Assembly: GCA_038522375.1 (NCBI GenBank)
Contig: JBCBKE010000004.1
Coordinates: 4,310 to 68,309, forward strand
DNA from: Pseudomonadota bacterium
GTDB taxonomy: Bacteria; Pseudomonadota; Alphaproteobacteria; Caulobacterales; Hyphomonadaceae
Direction: 5' to 3'
DNA: 64,000 nt
Below, piece by piece: positions 1-10,337 of this stretch. The notes below the pieces were generated by a model. The model saw nothing but the letters and a program-made list of their open reading frames with translations. It did no database searches and had not been told where the DNA came from. The translations under genes and the position numbers were made by a program. The number at the start of each line of letters is the position of its first letter. The first letter of the stretch is position 1.

Positions 1-292
1 CCGGAGCGACATGAAGAATTCGATGGAAGCGCTGATCCACCATTTCAAGCTCTATACGGAGGGCTTCCACGTCCCGCCGGGCGAAGTCTATGCCGCCGTT
101 GAGGCGCCAAAGGGGGAGTTTGGCGTCTACCTGGTGGCTGACGGTACGAACCGGCCCTACAGGGCAAAGATCCGCGCACCGGGCTTTCCCCATCTCCAGG
201 CCATGGACCACCTCTGCAAGGGCTACATGCTCGCCGATGTGTCGGCGATCCTGGGAACGCTGGATATTGTTTTCGGGGAGATCGACCGGTAG
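1..292 (+). CDS. nuoD: NADH-quinone oxidoreductase subunit D, C-terminal fragment (5' part lies outside the window)
   Basis: The frame is open to the window edge. The tail ...[43 protein letters not shown] is the conserved NuoD/49-kDa C-terminus. nuoE-N follow in canonical order. Confidence 0.9.
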   Translation, partial: RSDMKNSMEALIHHFKLYTEGFHVPPGEVYAAVEAPKGEFGVYLVADGTNRPYRAKIRAPGFPHLQAMDHLCKGYMLADVSAILGTLDIVFGEIDR

Positions 293-744
293 TGGCTGTG
301 CTTCCCGAATCCCGGCTTTCGATCATCACCCTTGGCGTGGCAGACCGCGCCGCGATGACGGCCTTCTACCGCGATGTCATTGGCCTGAAACTGTACAACG
401 AAAAGGGCATGACCATGTTTGACATGGGTGGTCTCGTGCTCGGTTTGTGGGAGTATGACAAGCTGGCCAAGGATGCCGGGCAGCCGGAGGGCGCGGCGAC
501 CGGGTTCAAGGGGACAGCGATTGCCTACAATGCGCACAGCGAGGCGGAGGTCGATGCCATATTCCAGCGGCTGGCCGAAGCGGGTGTCCAGGTTACGACG
601 GCGCCCCACAAATCCTTCTGGGGCGGGTATTCTGGATACTTTGCCGACCCGGAAGGCAATGCCTGGGAAGTCGCTTTCAACCCGTTCTGGGCCCTCGATG
701 AGGATGGCAAGCTGGTCCTGCCAGCCAGGAAGGAAGGTGCTTAA
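292..744 (+). CDS. VOC (glyoxalase/bleomycin-resistance fold) family protein
   Basis: 150-aa ORF whose GTG start overlaps the nuoD stop (TAGTG). Motifs ...IITLGVADRAAMTAFYRDVIGL... and ...GYSGYFADPEGNAWEVAFNP... are typical of VOC-fold proteins. Confidence 0.75.
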   Translation: MAVLPESRLSIITLGVADRAAMTAFYRDVIGLKLYNEKGMTMFDMGGLVLGLWEYDKLAKDAGQPEGAATGFKGTAIAYNAHSEAEVDAIFQRLAEAGVQVTTAPHKSFWGGYSGYFADPEGNAWEVAFNPFWALDEDGKLVLPARKEGA

Positions 745-1478
745 TGGCGCGGCGGCGGTTTGATATCGAGGCAGGCAGCGAGACGTTTTCATTCGCGCCC
801 GAAACCGAGGACAAGATCGCGTTCTGGCGCGGGAAGTACCCCGGGGATCGGCAGCAATCGGCGGTAATCCCGCTCCTGTGGCTGGCGCAAAAGGACAATG
901 GCGGGTGGTTGTCGGAGCCGGCTATGCGCGACGTCGCCGACCGGCTCGATATGCCGTACATCCGTGTCTATGAGGTGGCGACGTTCTATACCATGTTCCG
1001 CCTGCAGCCGGTGGGGCGGCACCATGTCCAGCTATGCGGGACAACACCCTGCATGCTGCGCGGGGCCAATGACCTGAAGGCCGTCTGTGAAGACAGGATC
1101 GGGCCGAAATTCCAGGTGTCCGATGATGGGAAGCTGTCCTGGGAGGAGGTTGAATGCCTTGGTGCCTGCGTAAACGCGCCGATGGTGCAGATCAATGACG
1201 ACTACTTTGAGGATCTCACCGCGGAGCGTTTGGCCCTTGTGCTGGACAAGCTGAGGAATGGTGCGCCCGTCGCGCCGGGCCCCCAGGTCGACCGCCATCG
1301 GTCAGAGGCCATGGGCGGAACCGAGGTGCTTTCTGACACCAGCCTGTTTGACGGAAGCCGTAACGGCCTTGCTTCGCTGCCGAACCTTCCTGAACCGGTA
1401 GAGGTGCCCGACCCGGAGGCGAGCGCTTTGCCGCCGGCGGACCCGCCGACCAACACCGAACGCGAGAACAAGGCATAG
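744..1478 (+). CDS. nuoE: NADH-quinone oxidoreductase subunit E (24-kDa subunit) with Pro-rich C-terminal tail
   Basis: Contains the 2Fe-2S cysteine pattern (..VQLCGTTPCMLRG...VECLGACVNAPMVQIND..) and the conserved ...AVIPLLWLAQ... segment. It sits between nuoD and nuoF. Confidence 0.93.
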   Translation: MARRRFDIEAGSETFSFAPETEDKIAFWRGKYPGDRQQSAVIPLLWLAQKDNGGWLSEPAMRDVADRLDMPYIRVYEVATFYTMFRLQPVGRHHVQLCGTTPCMLRGANDLKAVCEDRIGPKFQVSDDGKLSWEEVECLGACVNAPMVQINDDYFEDLTAERLALVLDKLRNGAPVAPGPQVDRHRSEAMGGTEVLSDTSLFDGSRNGLASLPNLPEPVEVPDPEASALPPADPPTNTERENKA

Positions 1479-1480
1479 AC

Positions 1481-1672
1481 ATGGCGCGGCAAATGTCGCC
1501 GGAGATCAAGCGGGCCCTTGTCCAGGCTGCCGTTATGGACGCGGTCTGCGTAGCCGCTGGCGTGGGGCTATTTGTCGTTACCGGAAATTGGGTTTGGCTG
1601 CTATCAGGGGTGTTGCTGGGCGCCGGATTTGTGCTGCCCGCCATCATCAAGATGATACGATCTGGAAAGTAG
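1481..1672 (+). CDS. small hypothetical membrane protein (63 aa, two predicted TM segments)
   Basis: The ORF fills the nuoE-nuoF gap exactly. Hydrophobic stretches are AVMDAVCVAAGVGLFVV and VWLLSGVLLGAGFVLPAII. No family recognised. Confidence 0.5.
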   Translation: MARQMSPEIKRALVQAAVMDAVCVAAGVGLFVVTGNWVWLLSGVLLGAGFVLPAIIKMIRSGK

Positions 1673-1678
1673 GAAGAC

Positions 1679-2983
1679 ATGCTTCAGGACAAGGACCGGA
1701 TCTTTACCAATCTCTACGGGCGCCACGATCCGGGGCTGGAGGCTGCCAGAAAGCGTGGCGCCTGGCACCTCACCCGGGAGATCCTCGCCCAGGGACCGGA
1801 GTGGATCTGTGACCAGGTCAAGGCTTCGGGCCTGCGCGGGCGCGGTGGCGCAGGGTTTCCCACCGGGCTGAAATGGACGTTCATGCCGAAAGAGGTGCGC
1901 GACCGGCCCCACTACCTGGTCGTCAATGCCGATGAGTCAGAGCCCGGCACCTGCAAGGACCGGGAGATCATGCGCCATGATCCGCACCTGCTGATCGAGG
2001 GTTGCCTGGTGGCGAGCCGGGCGATGCGCGCCCATGCCTGCTACATCTACATACGCGGCGAGTACATCGCCGAGCGCCATGCCCTGGAAGCGGCGATCAA
2101 GGAGGCTTACGAGGCCCGGTTGATCGGCAAGGACAATGTGAACGGGTGGGACTTCGACTGCTACGTCCACCACGGCGCGGGGGCTTACATTTGCGGCGAG
2201 GAAACGGCCTTGCTGGAAAGCCTTGAAGGCAAGAAAGGCCAGCCGCGCCTGAAGCCGCCATTCCCCGCGAATGCGGGCCTCTATGGCTGTCCCACAACGG
2301 TCAACAATGTGGAATCCATCGCCGTTGCGCCGACGATCATCCGGCGCGGGGCAGAATGGTTCGCCGGCTTTGGCGAGCCCAACAATACTGGCACGAAGCT
2401 GTTCTGCATCTCAGGCCATGTGAACACGCCGTGCAATGTGGAAGAGGAGATGAGCCTCACCTTCCGCGAGCTGATCGACACCCATTGCGGCGGTGTCCGC
2501 GGCGGGTGGGAAAACCTCAAGGCGGTGATTCCCGGCGGGTCATCGGTACCCATGGTGCCGGCCGAGCAGATCATTGACGCCAAGATGGATTTCGACACGT
2601 TGCGGGACCTGAAGTCAGGGCTTGGAACGGCGGCGGTGATCGTGATGGACCAGTCGACGGACCTGATCCGCGCGATTGCGCGCATTTCGTATTTCTACAA
2701 GCATGAAAGCTGCGGCCAGTGCACGCCCTGCCGGGAGGGTACGGGCTGGATGTGGCGGGTTGTCGAGCGGATGGCCAGGGGTGAGGCCGACATGGCCGAG
2801 ATCGATATGCTGCTGGAGGTGACCAAGCAGGTGGAAGGCCACACGATCTGCGCCCTGGGCGATGCGGCGGCCTGGCCGATCCAGGGTCTCATTCGCCACT
2901 TCCGCCACGAAATCGAAGACCGCATCCTCACCTACCGCGCCCAGCACACGCAGGTGCAGGGCCACCAGGTGGCGGCGGAGTAG
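1679..2983 (+). CDS. nuoF: NADH-quinone oxidoreductase subunit F (51-kDa, NADH/FMN-binding)
   Basis: Motifs [25 protein letters not shown] and [12 protein letters not shown] (4Fe-4S) are present. Confidence 0.97.
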   Translation: MLQDKDRIFTNLYGRHDPGLEAARKRGAWHLTREILAQGPEWICDQVKASGLRGRGGAGFPTGLKWTFMPKEVRDRPHYLVVNADESEPGTCKDREIMRHDPHLLIEGCLVASRAMRAHACYIYIRGEYIAERHALEAAIKEAYEARLIGKDNVNGWDFDCYVHHGAGAYICGEETALLESLEGKKGQPRLKPPFPANAGLYGCPTTVNNVESIAVAPTIIRRGAEWFAGFGEPNNTGTKLFCISGHVNTPCNVEEEMSLTFRELIDTHCGGVRGGWENLKAVIPGGSSVPMVPAEQIIDAKMDFDTLRDLKSGLGTAAVIVMDQSTDLIRAIARISYFYKHESCGQCTPCREGTGWMWRVVERMARGEADMAEIDMLLEVTKQVEGHTICALGDAAAWPIQGLIRHFRHEIEDRILTYRAQHTQVQGHQVAAE

Positions 2984-2989
2984 GGGCGC

Positions 2990-3508
2990 GTGTTTTCGTT
3001 TAAGATCTTGGCTGTATTGACGTTCGTTGCAGGGTTTTATTCTCAAACGGCGTTGGCTTGCTCATGTGCGCAAGCCAGCGAAGAACAAGCGCGGCGCGAC
3101 TTTAATGCTGCTGAGAAAGTATTCCTTGGGTTTCCGGTAACCGTCCACTTTGACGGTCTGGATCAATGTGATCCGGCGACGGCGACACCGGCGACTCATG
3201 AACCGCAAGCGCGCATTCAAGTTGTTACTGCGGCGAAAGGAACGTCCGATGGTGCGATTGAAGTCGCTGTACTGTCAAATGCTGCGCCAATCGTCATTTC
3301 GGATGATTGCAAGGTCTCGCGGGACTGGAATTCGTGCACCTACCCCGTCGGTGTCTATGTTGGTGGCGGAATAGATTCCGCAAGATGGTACTACCTAACT
3401 CGCGGGGTCAACGGTTTGCTCTATACGCAGCACTCCTGTTCTCCCCTCACCAAGTTTGGCGAAGCGATGGCCCGCGATCTTCTTATGGAGATAGACGTCG
3501 ATGACTGA
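2990..3508 (+). CDS. secreted or lipoprotein hypothetical with mature N-terminus Cys-Ser-Cys (TIMP/NTR-like)
   Basis: The signal peptide MFSFKILAVLTFVAGFYSQTALA is followed by CSCAQASEEQARRDFNAAEKVFLG. The mature part has exactly six Cys. The 3' end overlaps the nuoG start by 8 nt. G+C is lower than in the flanks. Confidence 0.6.
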   Translation: MFSFKILAVLTFVAGFYSQTALACSCAQASEEQARRDFNAAEKVFLGFPVTVHFDGLDQCDPATATPATHEPQARIQVVTAAKGTSDGAIEVAVLSNAAPIVISDDCKVSRDWNSCTYPVGVYVGGGIDSARWYYLTRGVNGLLYTQHSCSPLTKFGEAMARDLLMEIDVDD

Positions 3509-5600
3509 CACCTTCAAACTCAACATTGACGGCAAGGACATTGACGTGCCGCGGCACTACACGCTGATGCAGGCGTGTGAGGAAGCAGGCGCCGAGATTC
3601 CGCGCTTTTGCTACCATGAGCGCCTGTCGGTGGCCGGCAACTGCCGCATGTGCCTTGTCGAATGGGAAGGCGCACCGAAGCCGATAGCCTCCTGTGCCCA
3701 GACGGTTGGCGAGATGCGCCCGAACCGCGATGGCAGCGCGCCGAACATCCGCACCAAGGGCGACTATGTCCAGAAGGCCCGCGAGGGTGTGATGGAGTTC
3801 CTGCTCATCAACCACCCGCTCGATTGCCCGATCTGCGACCAGGGTGGCGAGTGCGACCTGCAGGACCAATCCATGCTCTATGGAAGGTCTGGCTCGCGGT
3901 TTTCGCTGAACAAGCGGGCGGTGGACGACAAGGAGATGGGTCCGCTGGTCAAGACGATCATGACCCGCTGTATCCAGTGCACGCGCTGTGTGCGGTTTGC
4001 CGCCGAAGTGGCCGGTGTCGAGGAAATCGGCATGACGGGCCGGGGCGAGGATGCCGAAATCACGACCTATCTCGAGAAAAGTCTGACATCCGAACTCAGC
4101 GGCAATGTGATCGATCTGTGCCCCGTGGGCGCCCTGACGTCGAAACCCTACGCGTTCAATGCCCGCCCCTGGGAGCTGCGCAAGACTGCATCTGTCGATG
4201 TGATGGATGCCATGGGGGCCGCAATCAGGGTGGACGCAAAGGGCGACGCCGTCCTGCGGATCATGCCCCAACTGAACGAAGAGGTGAATGAGGAGTGGCT
4301 GAGCGACAAATCCCGTTTCGTGTGGGATGGGTTGCAGCGCCAACGCCTCGATCGGCCCTATGTTCGCGAGAACGGGAAGCTGCGTCCGGCAAACTGGGAT
4401 GAGGCGCTGCAGGCGACAGCAAAAGCGTTGGGTGGTGGGTCTGAAACGATCGGCGCAATAGCCGGGGACCTGATCGAGGTCGAACAGGCAAAAGCGGCGC
4501 TGGATCTGCTTCGCGGATTGGGGGTGCAAAACATCGATTGCCGGCCCGCTGGCGCCCGGTATGGAACCGACGGCATTCGGGAGCGCCATATCCTCAATCC
4601 AACCTTCATGGGCGTTGAAGAGGCCGACGCCTTGTTGCTGGTGGGCACCAACCCCCGGGTTGACGCAGCGGTGTGGAACGCGCGGATCCGCAAGGCGTGG
4701 CTGTGGAATGAGTTGGAGGTCGGCCTGGTCGGCGCCGATGTGGACCTGACCTATGACTACGCCCATCTCGGAGAACGGCCGGGCGATCTCGATGGCGTCG
4801 TCGATCGCCAGGACAGCTTCGGCGAGGCCTTGCGGAAGGCTGAACGACCCATGGTCGTGGTTGGCGAGGCAGCGCTGTGCCGGGATGACGGTGCGGCGAT
4901 CCTGGCAAAAGCCCACGCCCTTGCGCTCGAAATCGGCGCCATCAAGGACGATTGGGCGGGATTTGGTGTCTTGCATACCGCTGCTGGCCGGGTCGGGGCG
5001 CTTGATGTGGGATTTGTGCCCGGCGAGGCCGGACTGGATACGGCGGCGATGCTGTCGGGGTCGGTTGAAGCGCTGGTTCTGTTGGGAGCCGACGAGGTTG
5101 ACCTGTCTGGCGTGCCGTCTGGCACGACCGTGATCTATGTGGGCCACCATGGGGACCGGGGCGCGGCGCGGGCCGATGTGGTCCTGCCGTGCACCGCCTA
5201 CACCGAAATGGCCGCCACCTATGTGAATACCGAAGGGCGTGTGCAGATGACGGCACCGGCCGTTCAACCGAAGGGCGAGGCCCGGGAGGGCTGGTCCATT
5301 TTCCGCGCACTGTCCGCGCTGATCGGAAAGCCCTTGCCCTATGACACGGCCGATGCCTTGCGAGCGGTGTTGCGCGCCGACGATGACAGCGTTTTCAAGG
5401 GGTTCGGTTTCGCCCCGGGCGCCGGCGGGGTCGAAGCCTTGAAGCTTCCCGTTTCAGTTGAAGGACCGATTGCGGATCGACCGTTCGCGCCGACCGCAGG
5501 AAACTTCTACCTGACGAATGCCATCGCGCGGGCGTCTAGGACGATGGCTGAGTGCGCCCGGCTGGGTCAGGCCCTAGACACCCCCATCGCGGCAGAGTAG
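3501..5600 (+). CDS. nuoG: NADH-quinone oxidoreductase subunit G (75-kDa Fe-S subunit)
   Basis: The N-terminal 2Fe-2S and 4Fe-4S motifs are present (CYHERLSVAGNCRMCLVE, HPLDCPICDQGGECDLQD, CIQCTRCVRF). Its 699-aa length is typical of alphaproteobacterial NuoG. Confidence 0.97.
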   Translation: MTDTFKLNIDGKDIDVPRHYTLMQACEEAGAEIPRFCYHERLSVAGNCRMCLVEWEGAPKPIASCAQTVGEMRPNRDGSAPNIRTKGDYVQKAREGVMEFLLINHPLDCPICDQGGECDLQDQSMLYGRSGSRFSLNKRAVDDKEMGPLVKTIMTRCIQCTRCVRFAAEVAGVEEIGMTGRGEDAEITTYLEKSLTSELSGNVIDLCPVGALTSKPYAFNARPWELRKTASVDVMDAMGAAIRVDAKGDAVLRIMPQLNEEVNEEWLSDKSRFVWDGLQRQRLDRPYVRENGKLRPANWDEALQATAKALGGGSETIGAIAGDLIEVEQAKAALDLLRGLGVQNIDCRPAGARYGTDGIRERHILNPTFMGVEEADALLLVGTNPRVDAAVWNARIRKAWLWNELEVGLVGADVDLTYDYAHLGERPGDLDGVVDRQDSFGEALRKAERPMVVVGEAALCRDDGAAILAKAHALALEIGAIKDDWAGFGVLHTAAGRVGALDVGFVPGEAGLDTAAMLSGSVEALVLLGADEVDLSGVPSGTTVIYVGHHGDRGAARADVVLPCTAYTEMAATYVNTEGRVQMTAPAVQPKGEAREGWSIFRALSALIGKPLPYDTADALRAVLRADDDSVFKGFGFAPGAGGVEALKLPVSVEGPIADRPFAPTAGNFYLTNAIARASRTMAECARLGQALDTPIAAE

Positions 5601-5609
5601 GGCGGCGTC

Positions 5610-6686
5610 ATGAGCGGGTTTATCGAACAGTATGGACTCTGGGGCGGCCTCGGCATGGGGCTCGCGCAGATCGGTCTGTACATGGTGGTCCTGCTGATCT
5701 CGCTGGCTTTCCTGCTCCTGATGGACCGGAAAGTATGGGCCGCCGTGATGATGCGGAAGGGCCCCAACGTGGTCGGCCCGTTCGGCCTTTTCCAGTCCTT
5801 TGCCGATTTCGGAAAGTTCCTGCTCAAGGAAATCGTTATCCCGGCGGGGGCCAACAAGACCGTTTTCCTGCTCGCGCCGATCCTCACCACCACGCTGGCC
5901 TTTGTCGCCTGGGCGGTTATTCCCGTCGCGCCGGGCTGGGTCATTGCCGACATCAATGTGGGCATCCTGTACCTTTTTGCGATCAGTTCGCTCGGTGTTT
6001 ACGGCATCATCATGGGCGGCTGGGCGTCGAACTCGAAATACCCGTTCCTCGGCAGTTTGCGGTCGGCGGCACAGATGGTGTCCTATGAGGTCTCCATCGG
6101 GCTCATCATCGTGACGGTGATCCTTCTGGCCGGATCCATGAACCTTTCGACGATTGTCGACAACCAGTCCGGCGGTTTCTGGACCTGGCACATGTTCAGT
6201 TTCAACAACATCATCCTTTTCCCGGTAATGCTGGTCATGTTCTTCATGTTCTTCATTTCGGCCCTGGCTGAAACGAATCGGCCACCCTTCGACCTTCCTG
6301 AAGCGGAGTCGGAACTGGTGGCAGGGTATCAGGTGGAGTACGGCTCGACGCCTTACCTGCTCTTCATGCTGGGTGAGTATCTGAACATCGTCCTGATGTG
6401 CGCGATGATGACGATCCTGTTCATGGGCGGCTGGCATGGCCCGGTGCCGTTCGGCGCAGGCTTTGTCGATAGCTGGCCGGTGTGGATGGTGAACCTTGGC
6501 CACCTCGCCTGGTTTGGCGCAAAGATGGTGTTCTGTTTCTTCCTGTTCGCCATCGTGAAAGCCATGGTCCCGCGTTATCGGTATGACCAGTTGATGCGGC
6601 TGGGATGGAAGATATTCCTGCCGACATCGCTTGCCGCCGTGGTCGTTGTTGCGGGATATGTTGTTTATACGGGAGGAGTGGCATGA
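5610..6686 (+). CDS. nuoH: NADH-quinone oxidoreductase subunit H
   Basis: Polytopic membrane protein with conserved ...[22 protein letters not shown]... and ...[21 protein letters not shown].... Confidence 0.96.
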   Translation: MSGFIEQYGLWGGLGMGLAQIGLYMVVLLISLAFLLLMDRKVWAAVMMRKGPNVVGPFGLFQSFADFGKFLLKEIVIPAGANKTVFLLAPILTTTLAFVAWAVIPVAPGWVIADINVGILYLFAISSLGVYGIIMGGWASNSKYPFLGSLRSAAQMVSYEVSIGLIIVTVILLAGSMNLSTIVDNQSGGFWTWHMFSFNNIILFPVMLVMFFMFFISALAETNRPPFDLPEAESELVAGYQVEYGSTPYLLFMLGEYLNIVLMCAMMTILFMGGWHGPVPFGAGFVDSWPVWMVNLGHLAWFGAKMVFCFFLFAIVKAMVPRYRYDQLMRLGWKIFLPTSLAAVVVVAGYVVYTGGVA

Positions 6687-7168
6687 GCCTGGTCCAGACG
6701 TTACGCGGGGCAATGCTCACCGACTTTTTCAGCGCGTTCGTCCTCGCCGTGCGGGAAATGGGGCGGCGGAAGGCGACGGTGAACTATCCGTTCGAGAAAA
6801 ACCCGCTGAGCCCGCGATTTCGCGGAGAACATGCCTTGCGGCGCTATGCGAACGGCGAAGAGCGCTGCATCGCCTGCAAGCTGTGCGAAGCCATTTGCCC
6901 GGCCCAGGCGATCACAATCGAAGCTGAACCGCGCGACGACGGATCCCGCCGGACAACCCGGTATGACATCGACATGGTCAAGTGCATCTATTGCGGCTTC
7001 TGCCAGGAGGCCTGTCCCGTGGATGCGATTGTCGAAGGCCCGAACTTCGAGTTTGCCACTGAAACCCGGGAAGAGCTGTTCTATGACAAGGACCGTCTGC
7101 TCGAGAATGGTGATCGGTGGGAACGGTTGATCGCGCGAAATCTGGAACTGGATGCGCCTTACCGCTAG
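6683..7168 (+). CDS. nuoI: NADH-quinone oxidoreductase subunit I (2x 4Fe-4S ferredoxin)
   Basis: The long ORF from 6605 was trimmed to the ATG at 6683, which follows GGAGG and overlaps the nuoH stop (ATGA). Motifs [12 protein letters not shown] and [12 protein letters not shown] are present. Confidence 0.93.
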   Translation: MSLVQTLRGAMLTDFFSAFVLAVREMGRRKATVNYPFEKNPLSPRFRGEHALRRYANGEERCIACKLCEAICPAQAITIEAEPRDDGSRRTTRYDIDMVKCIYCGFCQEACPVDAIVEGPNFEFATETREELFYDKDRLLENGDRWERLIARNLELDAPYR

Positions 7169-7307
7169 GGCGCGGCAAAACGGCCCGTATGCGCGGCGCG
7201 CGTTTGGGCGCACACCGGCGCACAACCAAAAGGGGCGTCCTGGAGATGGACGCGAAGGAAACAGGCGCCGCGTGAAGGCGTTCAGGGGTTTGGAGGGCTG
7301 AAGACCC

Positions 7308-7898
7308 GTGGAAGTGATTGCGTTCTGGATCCTGGCCGTCATCGTCGGCGTGGCCGCTATCTTCGTGATTGCCTCGAAGAACCCCGTGCATTCGGTGCTG
7401 TGGCTGATCCTGTCCTTCTTCACCTCTGCCGCCTTGCTGCTGCTGATCGGCGCAGAGTTTCTCGCGATGCTTCTGGTGGTCGTCTATGTGGGGGCCGTCG
7501 CGGTGTTGTTCCTCTTCGTTGTCATGATGCTGGATGTCGACTTCGTGGAGATGAACCAGGGCACCTTGCAGTACTGGCCGTTTGCATCCCTCGTCGCCAT
7601 CGCCTTTTTTGCAGAGATCGCCCTGGTTACGTTCGCGAGAAGCGAAGCGCCGGTCACGCCTGATCCTTCACCGGGCGCGGGCACCAATGCGGAGGCGATC
7701 GGGGCGGTAATGTATACCGAATACCTGCTGCTGTTTCAGATGTCCGGTATCATCCTGCTGGTGGCCATGATCGGCGCAATTGTCCTGACGCTACGCCACA
7801 GGCCCGGCGTTCAGAAACAGAATATTGCCAAGCAGACGGCCCGGCGCCGGGCCGATTCGATCGAGGTCCTGGACGTCAAGCCGGGTCAGGGGATCTGA
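7308..7898 (+). CDS. nuoJ: NADH-quinone oxidoreductase subunit J
   Basis: GTG start preceded by GGAGGG. Membrane protein containing ...[15 protein letters not shown]..., in the expected operon position. Confidence 0.9.
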   Translation: MEVIAFWILAVIVGVAAIFVIASKNPVHSVLWLILSFFTSAALLLLIGAEFLAMLLVVVYVGAVAVLFLFVVMMLDVDFVEMNQGTLQYWPFASLVAIAFFAEIALVTFARSEAPVTPDPSPGAGTNAEAIGAVMYTEYLLLFQMSGIILLVAMIGAIVLTLRHRPGVQKQNIAKQTARRRADSIEVLDVKPGQGI

Positions 7899-7903
7899 CG
7901 GCG

Positions 7904-8212
7904 ATGGACCTGACCCTTGGACATTTCCTAGGCCTGTCGGCCTTCCTGTTCACGATTGGCGTGCTCGGCATTTTCGTGAACCGCAAGAATATCATCGTCA
8001 TCCTGATGTCGATCGAGTTGATCCTGCTGTCGGTGAATCTGAACCTCGTGGCGTTTTCGGTCTTCTCCGGCACCATTGCGGGTCAGATCTTTGCCATGCT
8101 GGTGCTGACCGTGGCGGCTGCCGAAGCCGCCGTTGGCCTTGCCATCCTTGTGGTGTTCTTCCGGAACCGCGGCGACATCGCCGTGGAAAGCATCGATCTG
8201 ATGAAAGGCTAG
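7904..8212 (+). CDS. nuoK: NADH-quinone oxidoreductase subunit K
   Basis: 102-aa three-TM protein with ...[24 protein letters not shown].... Confidence 0.95.
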   Translation: MDLTLGHFLGLSAFLFTIGVLGIFVNRKNIIVILMSIELILLSVNLNLVAFSVFSGTIAGQIFAMLVLTVAAAEAAVGLAILVVFFRNRGDIAVESIDLMKG

Positions 8213-8219
8213 ACGCGCC

Positions 8220-10337
8220 ATGCTGCCCGATCCGCTGATCATCTTTATCGTCCTTGCGCCCGGTATCGCTGCGCTGATTGCCGGATTGCTGCAAAAGCAG
8301 ATCACCGACACCGGCGCCATGGTGCTGACCACGGGAACGGTGGGCACTGCGGGCGTGCTGGCGCTCTATCAGTTGTTTGCCTACACCTTCATGGGGAGCG
8401 GGGAAGCCCATGGCGGCGAGGGTGGCCATGGTGAGGCGGCCCACCATGCGGCAAGCCATGTGATCACGCTGCTGAGCTGGATCGATGTCGGCAGCTTCAA
8501 GGCCGACTGGGCGATCCGGGTAGATGCCCTGTCGATCGTCATGATGGCCGTGATCACCAGCGTATCCGGCTTGGTGCACCTCTACTCCTGGGGGTACATG
8601 AGCGAGGATCCCCACCGGGCGCGGTTCTTCTCCTACCTGTCGCTCTTTACCTTCACCATGCTGATGCTGGTGGTGGCAGACAATTTCATCCAGCTGTTCT
8701 TTGGTTGGGAAGGGGTCGGGCTCGCATCATACCTTCTTATCGGGTTTTGGTATCACAAGCGGGCGCCCAATGATGCGTCCATCAAGGCCTTCGTGACCAA
8801 CCGGGTTGGCGATTTCGGCCTCGCGCTGGGGATCATGGCGGTGTTCGTGATTTTCGGAACGGTTGAGTTTGCGCCGGTCATGGAGGCGATCCGCAACAAT
8901 GCTGTGGTCACCCCTGCTGCGCTGGCCGCGGCGGGCCCGATTCGCGATCTCACCATGACGTTCCTCAACTGGGAGCTCAATGCGCTCGAGGTCATCGGGG
9001 TGCTGCTGTTCATCGGTGCGATGGGGAAATCGGCACAGTTCTTCCTGCATGTCTGGTTGCCCGACGCCATGGAGGGACCGACGCCGGTGTCTGCGTTGAT
9101 CCACGCTGCCACGATGGTCACCGCCGGGGTGTATCTGGTCTGCCTGCTTTCGGCGATCTACGAGCACACGGTTGTGGCCGCCGGCATGGTGACCCTGGTC
9201 GGGGCTGTCACGGCACTCTACGCCGCGACAGTGGGGCTTGCGCAGAATGATATCAAGCGCGTGATCGCCTATTCGACCTGTTCCCAGCTTGGCTACATGT
9301 TCTTCGCCGCCGGCGTTGGTGCCTATGAGGCCGCCATGTTCCACCTGTTTACGCACGCCTTCTTCAAGGCGCTCCTGTTCCTCGGTGCAGGGTCGGTGAT
9401 CCATGGCATGCACCATGAGCAGGACATGCGAAACATGGGCGGTGTGGCCAGGTTCATGCCGTGGACCTATGGGGCGATGCTGATCGGAACGGTTGCGATT
9501 ATCGGGTTGGGTATTCCCCATGTCTGGGGACTGAGTGGATTCTTCTCGAAGGATGCAATTCTCGAAAGCGCCTTTACGGCCAGCCTGGCTGGCGTCGCCT
9601 ATGCCCAATTGGCGTTCTGGTTCGGGATTACCGCTGCGCTTCTGACCAGTTTCTACTCCTGGCGGCTCATCTACATGACCTTCCATGGACCCTATACCGG
9701 CGCCCATAACCTGCACGCCGACCCTGGCGATGACCATCACAGCGCCGGAGATCCCCATGAGTCGCCCCTGGTGATGCTGGTGCCACTCGGCCTGCTGTCG
9801 GTCGGTGCGGTCTTTGCGGGCTGGGTCTTCTACGACCCGATGTTCCACCATGGCGAGGGGTTCTGGGCGGGGTCAATCTACCGGGCTGATGGCAACCATG
9901 TGATCCATGACATCGACATGGTACTGAAAAAAGATGCCCAGTATGAATGGGTGTTCTGGGCGCCGCTTGTCGTCACGCTTGCGGGGTTCCTGATCGCCAC
10001 ATTTACCTACCTATTCAATCGGGGCTTCGGAAAACGGCTGGCCGACAGCGGTGGCCCGCTCCACAACCTGTTTGCGAACAAATGGTACTTTGACGAGATC
10101 TACCAGGCCACCTTGATCCGGGGCTCTGCCCTCCTTGGAGACATATTCTGGAAGACCGGCGATGAACGGATCATCGATGGAGCAGGGCCCAACGGGGTCG
10201 CCGCGGCGGCTCGCTGGAGTGCGCGACGATTGTCAGCCATGCATACGGGCTATCTCTACCACTATGCGTTCGTGATCATCTGCGCGGCGCTCATGCTGGG
10301 CGGGGTACTTTTCTGGCGCTCGGGAGGGCTTGGCTGA
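8220..10337 (+). CDS. nuoL: NADH-quinone oxidoreductase subunit L
   Basis: 705-aa antiporter-like subunit with ...[18 protein letters not shown]... and ...[22 protein letters not shown].... Confidence 0.96.
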   Translation: MLPDPLIIFIVLAPGIAALIAGLLQKQITDTGAMVLTTGTVGTAGVLALYQLFAYTFMGSGEAHGGEGGHGEAAHHAASHVITLLSWIDVGSFKADWAIRVDALSIVMMAVITSVSGLVHLYSWGYMSEDPHRARFFSYLSLFTFTMLMLVVADNFIQLFFGWEGVGLASYLLIGFWYHKRAPNDASIKAFVTNRVGDFGLALGIMAVFVIFGTVEFAPVMEAIRNNAVVTPAALAAAGPIRDLTMTFLNWELNALEVIGVLLFIGAMGKSAQFFLHVWLPDAMEGPTPVSALIHAATMVTAGVYLVCLLSAIYEHTVVAAGMVTLVGAVTALYAATVGLAQNDIKRVIAYSTCSQLGYMFFAAGVGAYEAAMFHLFTHAFFKALLFLGAGSVIHGMHHEQDMRNMGGVARFMPWTYGAMLIGTVAIIGLGIPHVWGLSGFFSKDAILESAFTASLAGVAYAQLAFWFGITAALLTSFYSWRLIYMTFHGPYTGAHNLHADPGDDHHSAGDPHESPLVMLVPLGLLSVGAVFAGWVFYDPMFHHGEGFWAGSIYRADGNHVIHDIDMVLKKDAQYEWVFWAPLVVTLAGFLIATFTYLFNRGFGKRLADSGGPLHNLFANKWYFDEIYQATLIRGSALLGDIFWKTGDERIIDGAGPNGVAAAARWSARRLSAMHTGYLYHYAFVIICAALMLGGVLFWRSGGLG

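Noticed and set aside
3483-5267. 594-aa ORF on the - strand. Similar long antisense ORFs occur at 5574-6713, 8727-9851, 23670-25349, 28176-29492, 49704-50960 and 53415-54746.
   Set aside because: Each lies fully antisense to a strongly recognisable conserved gene (nuoG, nuoH, nuoL, dnaE, frr/uppS, amidohydrolase, pdhA). Each also has the Arg/Pro/Gly/His-rich, low-complexity composition typical of spurious open frames in high-GC DNA.
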